DNA from: Candidatus Multivoradales bacterium
GTDB taxonomy: Bacteria > Acidobacteriota > Thermoanaerobaculia > Multivoradales > JAHEKO01
Direction of reading: 5' to 3'
Assembly: GCA_965223855.1 (NCBI GenBank)
Contig: CBDCXM010000008.1
Location: 707,528 to 771,527 of the forward strand
DNA length: 64,000 nucleotides
Shown here: positions 37,030 to 46,223 of the stretch, piece by piece
Layout: each line of letters opens with the position of its first letter
How positions within the stretch are numbered: position 1 is the stretch's first letter
The notes under the pieces: generated by a model
Databases searched by the model: none
The model's input: only the letters and a program-made list of their open reading frames with translations
What the model was told of the DNA's origin: nothing
Made by a program: the position numbers and the translations under genes

Positions 37030-37719
37030 GTGCCGCGCTACCGCTGCGTCCTCTTCGACGCCGACGGCACGCTGTTCGACTACGACCGCGGCGAGCGGGC
37101 GGCACTCACGGAGGCGCTCTCGAGCGTCGGCATCGAAGCCGACGAGACGGCCCGCGCCACCTACAAGCGGGTCAACCACGCGCTGTGGCTGGCCCTAGAG
37201 CGCGGAGAGGTCGACGCGGTGACGTTGCGCCTGCGGCGCTTCGAGCACCTGCTCACGGAACTCGATCACTCCCTCGATCTGGCGCCGACCGCCGCCGGGC
37301 GCTACCTCGAAGCCCTCGGCCGTGCCACCGACCTCATCGACGGCGCCGAGGAGCTCGTCGAAGGGCTCGCCGGCCGCGCCTCTCTGGCGATCATCACCAA
37401 CGGCCTCACCGAGGTGCAGCGCTCGCGCTTCGCGCTGTCACCCCTGACCCGGCACTTCGACGCGATCACCATCTCCGACGAGCTCGGAGTGGCCAAGCCC
37501 GATCCCAGGATCGTCGATCACACCCTCGCTCAGCTCGGCGATCCGCCACGCGACGAGGTCGTCATCGTCGGCGACAGCCTCACCTCCGACATCCAGGCGG
37601 GCGTCAACGCAAATATCGCCACCTGCTGGTTCGCTCCCGGCGGACAGGAACCGCCCGAGGAGCCGAGAGCGGACCATGTCGCCCGCTCGCTTGCGGAAGT
37701 CGCAGGCTTCCTCAGCTGA
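37030..37719 (+). CDS. HAD hydrolase, YjjG-like pyrimidine nucleotidase
   Basis: FDADGTLFD, ITNG..VQRSR, KPDP, VGDSLTSDI. Confidence 0.9.
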   Translation: MPRYRCVLFDADGTLFDYDRGERAALTEALSSVGIEADETARATYKRVNHALWLALERGEVDAVTLRLRRFEHLLTELDHSLDLAPTAAGRYLEALGRATDLIDGAEELVEGLAGRASLAIITNGLTEVQRSRFALSPLTRHFDAITISDELGVAKPDPRIVDHTLAQLGDPPRDEVVIVGDSLTSDIQAGVNANIATCWFAPGGQEPPEEPRADHVARSLAEVAGFLS

Positions 37720-37750
37720 CCCCCGGATCTATTTCCCCGTCAGCTGAGGA

Positions 37751-38080
37751 TCAGCCCGATGGCGATCCAAGCCAGCACAAGTAGGCTTTGAGCAGGCCGC
37801 CGGCCGCGGCGACCAAGGATGAAAGGCCCCCTGCCAGCACATAACCTCGCGCCTCCGGCTCCGAAAGGAAGACGCGGGAGAACAGCGGCTGCGACACGAG
37901 GCAGGCAAAGCTCACGCACGTCGAAAGAACCATGACGACAGCAAACAATACCCATCCCCAGCAGGCCCATCGTTCCGCGAGAACCATCCAGACGCTCGCT
38001 GCCAGAGGCACCCAAGCGAGCCTGGACCATCTCTTGGCCTCAGGCCGAAGAAAGGTCGCCGGCCCCCTGAACCTGGTCAT
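37751..38080 (-). CDS. Small putative membrane protein
   Basis: Three hydrophobic segments, GGAG upstream, fills an intergenic gap; no recognisable family. Confidence 0.4.
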   Translation of the reverse strand: MTRFRGPATFLRPEAKRWSRLAWVPLAASVWMVLAERWACWGWVLFAVVMVLSTCVSFACLVSQPLFSRVFLSEPEARGYVLAGGLSSLVAAAGGLLKAYLCWLGSPSG

Positions 38081-38162
38081 GCTCGCCTTACTCCAAGCGG
38101 ATCTTGGCCCCGAGTACGAGCGCAGTAGAGCCGGCCTGCGAGGCGGCTCGAATCTCCAGGCG

Positions 38163-38630
38163 CTAGTGCTCGTGCTCGATGTAGTGCTTGGCCATCGTGT
38201 CGATCGCCGCGTTGAGGGCGTCGACGCTCTCGGTGGCCGCGGTCTGCTTCGCCTTCATCGCCGCCGTCATCACGGCGTGGTGGTCGGCGAGTGAGGCGAG
38301 GTAGGCGTCGCGGTCCTCCCCTGCCTTGACCCTCTGCGCGAGGAAGTAGTTCGCCATCACCTCGATGATGTGCGAGGCGTGCTCTTCCTTCGTGACCACC
38401 CAGCGGGTGATCTGGTTGAGAGACTGGACGTCGGTCTTGCCGGCGAGCGCCTCGATCTCGGTCACCGCCTTGGCGATCGTCGTCGCGTCCTCCTTGAGCG
38501 CGGTGACGCGCGCCATGTCGTCGTAGATGCCGCACGGCACCTGGCAGTGCGACCATGCCGGCAGCGGGGCCAGGAGCGCCACCACGACGGCGGCCACGGG
38601 GAGCAAACGGGAGAGACGGGAAGCGGACAT
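38163..38630 (-). CDS. sodN: Nickel superoxide dismutase with signal peptide
   Basis: Ni-hook HCQVPCGIYD directly after a signal peptide ending AWS. Confidence 0.9.
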   Translation of the reverse strand: MSASRLSRLLPVAAVVVALLAPLPAWSHCQVPCGIYDDMARVTALKEDATTIAKAVTEIEALAGKTDVQSLNQITRWVVTKEEHASHIIEVMANYFLAQRVKAGEDRDAYLASLADHHAVMTAAMKAKQTAATESVDALNAAIDTMAKHYIEHEH

Positions 38631-38641
38631 CGGCACGATCC

Positions 38642-39450
38642 TCACGAGTCGGTGGACGTTGAGCTTGCCGGCAGCTTACCGCGACCGGAGCGCCCGTCCG
38701 GCGACAGCAGTCGGTGCTCTTCGACGTAGCGACCGATGCTGTCGGCGAAGCGGCGATGGGCTCCGGCGTTCGGATGCGAGTCGAGTGGATGAACGAAGAA
38801 GTCCCCGGGCCGGGTATCGATGAAGTCGAGCGACGGGTTGACGTAGCGCAGCCGCAGCCGACGAAGCATCCGCTCGAGGTAGGGCGCGTACATCGGGTAG
38901 GTGGACAGGTAGGCGACGACCACCGGGACATCGTTCGCCCGGCTCCACGCCCCGATCCGGCCGAGGTAGGTGCGCACCCGTGCGCGATGCTCGCCGAGCC
39001 GCACCCTCTTGGGCCTCGCGGTCCGTCGCTCGTCGAGCTTGAGCCCGAAGCCGCGCCGCAGACGCAGACCCTCCAGAAGGAACGACGTGAAGAAGCGCCC
39101 TTCCGCCGGCTTGACCTCGTACCGGCCGTCGAACAACTCGTCCCGCCAGGCGCGGTGGTCGTTGTGGGCGCAGAACCCCAGGAGAACGAGGTCGGGCTGG
39201 TAAGCCATCGCCTTGCCGGCGATCACTCCCGAGTACTGACGAAGGTTGTAGCCGGCGACGGCGAGGTTGACGACCTCGACCGGGCGGGAAGTCCCTCCTC
39301 GCTCCACTGCCCTTCGAGCAACGAGTGCCAGGCGTCTTCGAGCCGCACGCCCGAGGGCATCGAGAACGAATCGCCGACGACCAGGACACGGAACGAGCCG
39401 TCGGGCTTCTCGAGCGGATATTCACGGTCGTGCTCGCCACGAGAATTCGT
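38642..39450 (-). pseudogene. SGNH hydrolase, 5'-truncated and frameshifted
   Basis: TNSRGEHDREYPLEKPDGSFRVLVVGDSF, frameshift in a C-run near 39287, then EVVNLAVAGYN...HND...DSHPN; no N-terminus beyond 39450. Confidence 0.8.
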
Positions 39451-40027
39451 ACCCGGGTCGGCTACCACCGGGCGCTCGTGCTGACCCGCAACGCGCTGAT
39501 GATCACCCTCGGACTCGCCCACCCTCCGCCGACGTTCGACTCGGTCGAGATGACGATGTACCAGACCCTGCTGATGCGCGCCGCCGCCCTGGTGCTGTGC
39601 GACAACGCGGGGGATCGATCGCCCCGTCGCCGAGCCGGTCGATCCGGGGGGCGGCGCCGGCGGGCTGCTCGCTGCGCTGCGCCGCGACGTCGACGACATC
39701 ATCGTCCCGGCCCTGCCCGAGGGGTTGGCGGCCCGCCGCGCATCGGGGGTGGGGCGTGCGCTCGCTGTGCTCGACCACGAGGCGGCCGTGGGTCCGATCC
39801 TCGACGCCGCCGAGCTCGACGACGTGGCCGACCTGCTCGGCGCACGACCGGCCGACGCGGCCACCGCCGACGAGGAGCTGCGCCGCTGCTTCGCCGATGG
39901 CGATCCCGCGGCCGACCCAGACCGGATCGCCTACCTGGCCCGGCGGATGCATCGCCTCGCCGAGCGCCGCCGCCCCTTGATGGGCGAGCTGATCGATCGC
40001 CTGCCCCAGCCCCTGGAGGACCCGTGA
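39451..40027 (+). pseudogene. 3' portion of a gene (possibly phosphotransferase/APH-like), 5'-truncated and frameshifted
   Basis: TRVGYHRALVL...LVLCDNAG, extra G in a G-run near 39610, then IDRPVAEP...QPLEDP*; stop overlaps the next GTG (GTGA). Family call is tentative. Confidence 0.55.
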
Positions 40028-40944
40028 TCGGTCGCGAACACGACCTCGTCGTCACCGAAGCCGACGACGACTTCCACCCACCGACCTCCGACGACCCCTC
40101 GTGGATCGAGACGATGTGGTTCCCGTTCTGGGTCCCCGAGGAGCGGGCCACCGTCTACGTCCGGGTGTGGTTCAGCCCCAATGCGGGCACCCAGGGCGGG
40201 TCGGTCGCAGGCTGGACCGACACGTCGGGGTTGTTCGGCGACCAGTGGGTCGACGACTACGCGGGTCCGCCCGACCTGCGCGATCTCCGGTCGGCGAGCG
40301 GCCTGCACCTGTCGTGCGAGGTGCCGCTGAAGCGCTATCGCATCGAGCATCGCAGCGAGCAGGTCGAGATCGACGTCACCTTCGACGCGATCATGGCGCC
40401 GAACCCGGTCGCCCCCGAGGAGTCCCCGGGGATGTTCGCCGGCCATGTGGAGCAGCCCGGCCACCTCACCGGCGAGGTGCGGTTCCGCGGGCGGACGCTG
40501 CCCGTCGACTGCTACTCGATCCGCGACCGCTCGTGGGGGCCGCGCGAGATGCCGGCGGAGCTGCGGCTCGGCAACGCGCACGGCACGGCGGCCGGCTTTG
40601 GGTTCTTCACCTACGTGAACCCGACGAGCGATGGCACCGAGGCGATCACCGCCGGCTACCTGCTGCGCGACGGGGTGGAGGCCCGCATCGTGTCGGGTGA
40701 GCGCCGCACCGAGTGGCGCGGTGAGGTCCCCGCCGCGGTGATCCTGACCGCGACCGACGCCGCAGGCCGGACGCTGGCGGCCGCCGGCGAGTGCGTCAAC
40801 GCCCGGGCGTCGAACGCGGGCAACGGCGTGTACGCAGTGCTCAACCTCGTGCGCTGGACCTGTGACGGCGCCGAATGCTGGGGAGAGAACCACGACGTGT
40901 GGTCCGAGACGGCCTGGCTCGCCGCGGGGCGGCCCGCTCTGTGA
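40024..40944 (+). CDS. Conserved hypothetical protein (possibly tocopherol cyclase/AttH-like fold)
   Basis: DDFHPP..DPSWIETMWFPF, GHVEQPG, IRDRSWGPR; strong GC3 codon bias. Confidence 0.7.
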   Translation: MIGREHDLVVTEADDDFHPPTSDDPSWIETMWFPFWVPEERATVYVRVWFSPNAGTQGGSVAGWTDTSGLFGDQWVDDYAGPPDLRDLRSASGLHLSCEVPLKRYRIEHRSEQVEIDVTFDAIMAPNPVAPEESPGMFAGHVEQPGHLTGEVRFRGRTLPVDCYSIRDRSWGPREMPAELRLGNAHGTAAGFGFFTYVNPTSDGTEAITAGYLLRDGVEARIVSGERRTEWRGEVPAAVILTATDAAGRTLAAAGECVNARASNAGNGVYAVLNLVRWTCDGAECWGENHDVWSETAWLAAGRPAL

Positions 40945-40947
40945 TCC

Positions 40948-41793
40948 TCAGCCGCCCGGGCGGGGGTACATCGTGGCGACCGTGGCATCCCACGCCTGAG
41001 CCGAGCTGGCCTCCTTCACGGCGATGAGCTGCTCGGCCATGGCGCCGACCACGACCCGGGGCTCGGGTTCGTCGTCGCTCAGCGACGCCCACACGGCGTC
41101 GGCGACGTCGTCGGGCGTCGACGAACCCTCCATCGGCTCGGACCCGAACGTCGACTCCAGCGCGGCGCGCACGCCGGCGCGAAACCCGTCGTAGGCCCTG
41201 TCGGGCGTCGGCCGCAGGGCGTCCATGGTGCGCAGCGACGTCTCGCCGAACGCCGAGGCGGTCGGGCCGGGCTCGATCACCACCACCCGCACGCCGAATC
41301 CGGCGACCTCGAATCGCAGGACGTCGCTGAGGGCTTCGAGGGCGTACTTCGACGCGTGGTAGGCGCCGCCACCCGGGAAGGTGAGGCGCCCGCCCATGCT
41401 CGACACGTTCACGATCCGCCCCCCTCCGGCGCGACGCATACCCGGCAGCACCGCCTGGCACAGGCCGACGACGGCGAACACGTTGGTCTCGAACTGGGCG
41501 CGGAACGCGTCGACCGGCGTCTCCTCGACCGGGCCCTGCTGGCCGTACCCCGCGTTGTTGACGAGCGCGCCGACCGCTCCGTGGCGCTGCTCGATCTCCG
41601 CGACGAGCGACTCGACGGCGTCGCGGTCGGTGACGTCGAGCTGGCGGATCTCGCAGCCGGAGTCGGCCAGGTCGGCGATGCGGTCCGGCGTCCGGGCGGT
41701 CGCGTACACCCGCCATCCCTCGCGCGCGAGCCGTTGAGCGACCGCACGGCCGATGCCGGAGGAGCAGCCGGTGATCAGGGCGGGGTGGGCCAT
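40948..41793 (-). CDS. SDR oxidoreductase
   Basis: TGCSSGIG, NNAG, YHASK. Confidence 0.95.
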   Translation of the reverse strand: MAHPALITGCSSGIGRAVAQRLAREGWRVYATARTPDRIADLADSGCEIRQLDVTDRDAVESLVAEIEQRHGAVGALVNNAGYGQQGPVEETPVDAFRAQFETNVFAVVGLCQAVLPGMRRAGGGRIVNVSSMGGRLTFPGGGAYHASKYALEALSDVLRFEVAGFGVRVVVIEPGPTASAFGETSLRTMDALRPTPDRAYDGFRAGVRAALESTFGSEPMEGSSTPDDVADAVWASLSDDEPEPRVVVGAMAEQLIAVKEASSAQAWDATVATMYPRPGG

Positions 41794-41825
41794 CGTTCCT
41801 CCGGGTCGATGGCGACGGACTGTAG

Positions 41826-41962
41826 TCAGCGAGCACCCCGGCGAGCGAGGACGAGCTTGGTCGCCCCGAACGCCGCGACCATGGCCGCGACCAGCGCGAC
41901 CGCGACGGCGCCGCCGGTCGAGAACCAGTCGGCCGCGATCGCCGCGAGCGAGGCGACCAGGG
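41826..41962 (-). repeat. Diverged tandem duplicate of the last ~45 codons of 41963-42361
   Basis: Encodes WFSTGGAVAVALVAAMVAAFGATKLVLARRGAR* versus WFSTGGAVAVALVAAMVATFGATQLVLARRGAR*. Confidence 0.9.
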
Positions 41963-42361
41963 TCAGCGGGCGCCCCGTCGGGCGAGGACGAGCTGGGTCG
42001 CCCCGAACGTGGCGACCATGGCCGCGACCAGCGCGACCGCGACGGCGCCGCCGGTCGAGAACCAGCCGGCCATGATCGTGGCGAACGACGCGACCACCCA
42101 GGTCGCGTCGGCCGCGCTGACCGCGAGCGCGTCGCGCCGGCGGCGTTCGGGACGAGACCGGGCGACGGCGAGCACCGCGCCGGCGAAGGCGACCAGCCCG
42201 ACCCCGGTGATCCGGACCCAGCCGGGATGCCCCGTCCCGAGCAGGCGGTCCAAGGTTCCCGGGACCGCCGCCGCGACGAGACCGCCCACCGCGGAGGTGA
42301 GGGCGTTGGCCCGCAGGACGGATCGCAACCCGTCGGCGGGGAGGAGCGTGGACGTGGTCAT
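41963..42361 (-). CDS. Small 4-TM membrane protein
   Basis: LRSVLRANALTS and four hydrophobic helices; divergent from the XRE regulator. Confidence 0.8.
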   Translation of the reverse strand: MTTSTLLPADGLRSVLRANALTSAVGGLVAAAVPGTLDRLLGTGHPGWVRITGVGLVAFAGAVLAVARSRPERRRRDALAVSAADATWVVASFATIMAGWFSTGGAVAVALVAAMVATFGATQLVLARRGAR

Positions 42362-42394
42362 GGGGTCAGCATCCGCTCGCCGCTGCCCCGAGGC

Positions 42395-42413
42395 CATGAC
42401 CCGACGGGTCATG
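42395..42413. promoter_or_regulatory. Palindromic operator CATGACCCG-A-CGGGTCATG
   Basis: Perfect 9-bp arms in the gap between divergent genes, next to an HTH regulator. Confidence 0.7.
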
Positions 42414-42447
42414 TTCGGGGTGCGCTGCCTCGCCCTACGCTCGAGCC

Positions 42448-43236
42448 ATGGCGACCCGTCAGACGGCTGGCCCCCTGTTGCGGGAGTGGCGCAAGCGACG
42501 CCGGCTCAGCCAGCTCGACGTGTCGGCGCGTACCGGGGTGTCGACCCGGCACCTGTCGTGCGTGGAGACCGGGCGCGCCAACGCCAGCCGCGACCTGCTG
42601 CTGTATCTCGCCCGCGAGCTGGAGATCCCGGCCCGGGCCACCAACGACCTCCTGCTGGCGGCCGGCTTCGCGCCGGCCTACAGCCAGCTCGACCTCGATG
42701 ACGCCGCGATGGCGGCAGCCCGCGAGGTCGTCCAGCTCGTCCTCGACGGCAACGACCCGAACCCGACCACGGTGATCGACACCCGCTGGAACCTGGTCGA
42801 CGCCAACGCCGCAGCGTTGTGGTTCGCGGCCGGGGTCGATCCGGCGCTGCTGGAACCACCGATCAACGTGGCCCGTCTCAGCCTCCATCCGGGCGGGTTG
42901 GCGCCCCGGGTGGGCAACCTCGACGAGTACGCGGGCCAGCTCCTGTGGCACATGCGCCACACGCTCGCCCGGACGGGCGACGCCCAGCTCGCCACGCTCG
43001 TCGCCGAGTGCGAGGCCTACGCGCCGGCGGCCGCTCGCACGGTCCCCGAGGGCAGCGATGTCGTCCTCCCGCTCGAGCTGACGATCGACGGTGAACCGCT
43101 CGCCTTCCTGTCGACGATCACCACCTTCGGCGCCGCGCTCGACGTCACCCTCGCCGAGCTGTCGATCGAGACGTTGTATCCGGCCGATGCCCGGACCCGC
43201 GCCGTGCTCGCCCGGCGTCCGTGGGCCGGGGCTTGA
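42448..43236 (+). CDS. XRE-family HTH regulator with MmyB-like ligand-binding domain
   Basis: LLREWRKRRRLSQLD...STRHLSCVETGR, LLLAAGFAP, FLSTITTFG, ELSIE..YPAD. Confidence 0.92.
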   Translation: MATRQTAGPLLREWRKRRRLSQLDVSARTGVSTRHLSCVETGRANASRDLLLYLARELEIPARATNDLLLAAGFAPAYSQLDLDDAAMAAAREVVQLVLDGNDPNPTTVIDTRWNLVDANAAALWFAAGVDPALLEPPINVARLSLHPGGLAPRVGNLDEYAGQLLWHMRHTLARTGDAQLATLVAECEAYAPAAARTVPEGSDVVLPLELTIDGEPLAFLSTITTFGAALDVTLAELSIETLYPADARTRAVLARRPWAGA

Positions 43237-43283
43237 CCCGGTTGGTCATCGCTTCGGCCAACCCGATGGCAGAAGGTGGGCGC

Positions 43284-43685
43284 ATGGAATCCACCTCCGA
43301 CACCACCATCGCCGGGCCGTCCCCCGAACTGCTCGTCGAGGACTACTTCACCTGCTGGAACACCACCGACCCCGCCGAGCGGCGGGCCGCCGTCGAGCGG
43401 GTCTGGTCGCCGACCGCCCGATCGGTCGATCCGGTCGGCGACGCCCGAGGGCACGAGGAGCTCGTCGCCTTGTTCGCCGGGTTCCACGACACCTACCCGG
43501 GGTTCTCGTTCCGCCGACGCGGCGGGATCGACGCCCACCACGACCAGCTCCGCTGGGGGTGGGAGATGATCGATCCCGGCGGTGACGTCGTCCTCGACGG
43601 GGTCGACGTCGCCGAACGGGCGCACGACGGGCGCCTCGACCGCCTCGCCGGGTTCTTCGGCCGCGACGTCGCCGCGGCGGACTGA
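43284..43685 (+). CDS. SnoaL-like/NTF2 family protein
   Basis: YFTCWNTTDP.ERRAAV..W...VDP; DAHHDQLRWGW; GFFG. Confidence 0.85.
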   Translation: MESTSDTTIAGPSPELLVEDYFTCWNTTDPAERRAAVERVWSPTARSVDPVGDARGHEELVALFAGFHDTYPGFSFRRRGGIDAHHDQLRWGWEMIDPGGDVVLDGVDVAERAHDGRLDRLAGFFGRDVAAAD

Positions 43686-43733
43686 TCGGGGCCGTCGACC
43701 CGAGCGGGCCCCGGACGCCGAGCGCCTCCGGGG

Positions 43734-44510
43734 TCAGGCTCCGGGGTCGGCCTCGAACTCGTTCGGGGTCTCGGGCTCGGGGGCCCGCAACAGGATCGAG
43801 TCGACCCCGAAGGTCGGGGCGCCGAACATGAGCGCCATCGTCGCCGCCAGGTGTTCGCCGACGTCGTCGGCAGCCATCAGCCCGGTGCGGAACCCCTGCC
43901 GCTGCCAGTGCGGGATCGCGGCGCCGAACACCTCGGGGTCGAACTCGTCGGCGAAACCGGTGGGCTGGGTCGGGCCGAGGACCACGGTGAGGAAGCGGCG
44001 CCCGCCGATCTCCTCGGTGCGCCAGCCTTCCATCGTGGCTTCCAGGGCCGCCTTCGACGCCGCGTAGGGCACCAGCGAGTGCCGCGGCTGGTGCGACGAG
44101 TCCGACGAGACCGCCATCACGACAGCATCGGCCGCCAGGTGGGGGAGGGCGGCCCTGATGACGAGGCTCGGCCCGAACGTGTTGACCCCGAAGATCGTCT
44201 GCCAGTCCGCGACCTTGCAGTCGCGCATCGGGCGCATCGGCGACATCCCGGCGCTGTAGAGGATCCCGTCGAGGCCCCCGAGCTCCGCGGCGGCCTCGTT
44301 CACCGCCCGCTCGACGTCGTCGGCGTCGAGGACATCGATGGTGACCACCCGGCCGCCGCCGGCCTCGGCGACCGCTTCGTCGAGCAGCTCGCGGCGGCGG
44401 GCGGCGAACACGACGTCGGCCCCGTGGCGCACCCCGGCCAGCGCCGTGGCGCGACCCATGCCCGAGGAGGCACCGATCACCATCAGCTTCCGTCCGGTCA
44501 GCGAGCCCAT
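43734..44510 (-). CDS. SDR oxidoreductase
   Basis: ATG 44510 after AGGAGG; IGASSGMG, YAASK. Confidence 0.92.
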   Translation of the reverse strand: MGSLTGRKLMVIGASSGMGRATALAGVRHGADVVFAARRRELLDEAVAEAGGGRVVTIDVLDADDVERAVNEAAAELGGLDGILYSAGMSPMRPMRDCKVADWQTIFGVNTFGPSLVIRAALPHLAADAVVMAVSSDSSHQPRHSLVPYAASKAALEATMEGWRTEEIGGRRFLTVVLGPTQPTGFADEFDPEVFGAAIPHWQRQGFRTGLMAADDVGEHLAATMALMFGAPTFGVDSILLRAPEPETPNEFEADPGA

Positions 44511-44588
44511 GTTCGTTCCTCCTGTTGCCCGGTCGGCGAGTCCAGTCGGGTCGGGCGCGCCCGTCAAGCGGCCGCTACCGTCGAGCGG

Positions 44589-45710
44589 GTGACCGACAAG
44601 ATCTGGACCCACTCCGCCGACTCGCACTTCCTCGAGCCGAAGGACCTGTGGCATCAGATGATGCCCAAGGCGATGGCCGACCGGATGCCCCGACGCGAGC
44701 AGCTCTCCGACACCGAGGAGCGCATCACCGTCGACGGCAAGAGCTTCGACCGCAAGATCCCCAAGATCATGCTGGCCAAGGGCGAGACCGGTGAGACGAT
44801 CGCCGAGCTGTCGCACCGCCCGCCGGGCTCGCGCGACCTCGCCGCCCGGCTCGTCGACCTCGACGAGGAGGGGGTGTGGGCCGAGGTCATGTACCAGTCG
44901 ATCGGACTGTGGTGCGGGCTGATCGAGGACCGCTCCCTCATCGCCGCGGCGGCCGCCGCCGAGAACGAGTGGCTGGCGACCGAGGTCCAGGCCTTCGCCC
45001 CCGATCGGCTCGTCCCGGCGGCTCTGATGCCGCTGGTGAGCGTCGACGACGCGGTCGCCGAGGTCCACCACTGCGCCGACCTGGGCCTGAAGCTGATCAG
45101 CCTCACCACCGGCCACGCGCCCGGCACCGAGGACTACAACCATGACTCGTGGGAGCCGTTGTGGGCCGCCGCCGAGGAGACGGGCATGGTCGTCGGGTTC
45201 CACATCGGCACCGACGGCGGTGACCAGGCCTCGTCGTACCGTGGGCCGGGCGGCGCGGTGCTCAACTACGTCCACACCGGGTTCGGCGGCATGACGGCGG
45301 CGATGAAGATGGTCACCAGCGGTGCCCTCGAACGCCATCCCGGGCTCCGGGTGCTCGTCTCGGAGGGCGGTGCGAGCTGGGTGCCCTACATCGGCGACCG
45401 GATGAACGAGGGGTATCGCCAACACGGCATGTTCGTACGGCCCAAGCTGCGCCGCCTGCCCAAGGAGTACCTGTACGAGCAGGTGTACGCCAGCTTCCAG
45501 CACGACGAGTCGGCTCCGGCCGCCCTGTGGGCGATGGGCTACCGAAACGTCATGTTCGGCAGCGACTACCCGCACCTCGAGGGAACCTGGGGCCACACCC
45601 AGAAGACGCTCCACGAGCTGTTCGACGATGTCGAGCCGGAGGTGCGCCACCGGATCACGCGCGGCGCGTTCGAGGAGCTGTTCCCCCACGTGAGCGCCCC
45701 ACCGGCCTGA
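44589..45710 (+). CDS. Amidohydrolase_2 family protein
   Basis: SADSHFLEP, FHIG, SEGGASW, MFGSDYPHLEGT. Confidence 0.92.
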   Translation: MTDKIWTHSADSHFLEPKDLWHQMMPKAMADRMPRREQLSDTEERITVDGKSFDRKIPKIMLAKGETGETIAELSHRPPGSRDLAARLVDLDEEGVWAEVMYQSIGLWCGLIEDRSLIAAAAAAENEWLATEVQAFAPDRLVPAALMPLVSVDDAVAEVHHCADLGLKLISLTTGHAPGTEDYNHDSWEPLWAAAEETGMVVGFHIGTDGGDQASSYRGPGGAVLNYVHTGFGGMTAAMKMVTSGALERHPGLRVLVSEGGASWVPYIGDRMNEGYRQHGMFVRPKLRRLPKEYLYEQVYASFQHDESAPAALWAMGYRNVMFGSDYPHLEGTWGHTQKTLHELFDDVEPEVRHRITRGAFEELFPHVSAPPA

Positions 45711-45740
45711 CGCCGAGGCGCCGCCAACGGTCGGGTGGCC

Positions 45741-46223
45741 ATGGACACCGTCGAGTTCGCGATCGTCGATCCCCGCAGCGACGACGCCCTGTGGGCGATG
45801 ACCGAGTACTTCGCCGAGCTCGACCGGCGCTTTCCCGGCGGCTTCGACCCGGGCGACACCCTGATCGCCGACGCGCCGGCGCTGCGGGGACCCGGCGGGG
45901 CGTTCGTCGTCGCTCGGGTCTCGGGATCGGTCGTCGCGTGCGGAGGCGTGCAGCGCTTCGACGAGCACACCGGGGAGATCAAGCGGATGTGGGTGCGCGG
46001 CGACCAGCGCGGTGCCGGGCTCGGCCGGCATCTGCTCTCGCGATTGGAGGCCGAGGTCGTCGCGCTCGGCTACCGGCGCGTCGTGCTCGACACGAACAGC
46101 GAGCTCGTCGAGGCGATCGCTCTGTACGAGCGGGCCGGCTATCGCAGCGTCGAGCGCTACAACGACAACCCCTACGCCCTGCGCTGGTTCGCCAAGGACC
46201 TCGATTCTCCGACGACGGCGTAG
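45741..46223 (+). CDS. GNAT N-acetyltransferase
   Basis: EIKRMWV...RGAGLG, LDTN..L.EAIALY..AGY. Confidence 0.92.
   Translation: MDTVEFAIVDPRSDDALWAMTEYFAELDRRFPGGFDPGDTLIADAPALRGPGGAFVVARVSGSVVACGGVQRFDEHTGEIKRMWVRGDQRGAGLGRHLLSRLEAEVVALGYRRVVLDTNSELVEAIALYERAGYRSVERYNDNPYALRWFAKDLDSPTTA

Noticed and set aside
39443-39448. EcoRI site as the cause of the junction
   Set aside because: The SGNH reading frame (T-N-S-R-G) continues through and slightly past the site, so coincidence is as likely; cannot be supported.
39325-40023. N-terminal extension of ORF 39325-40944
   Set aside because: Crosses the suspected junction and a frameshift; the real gene starts at GTG 40024, overlapping the upstream stop.
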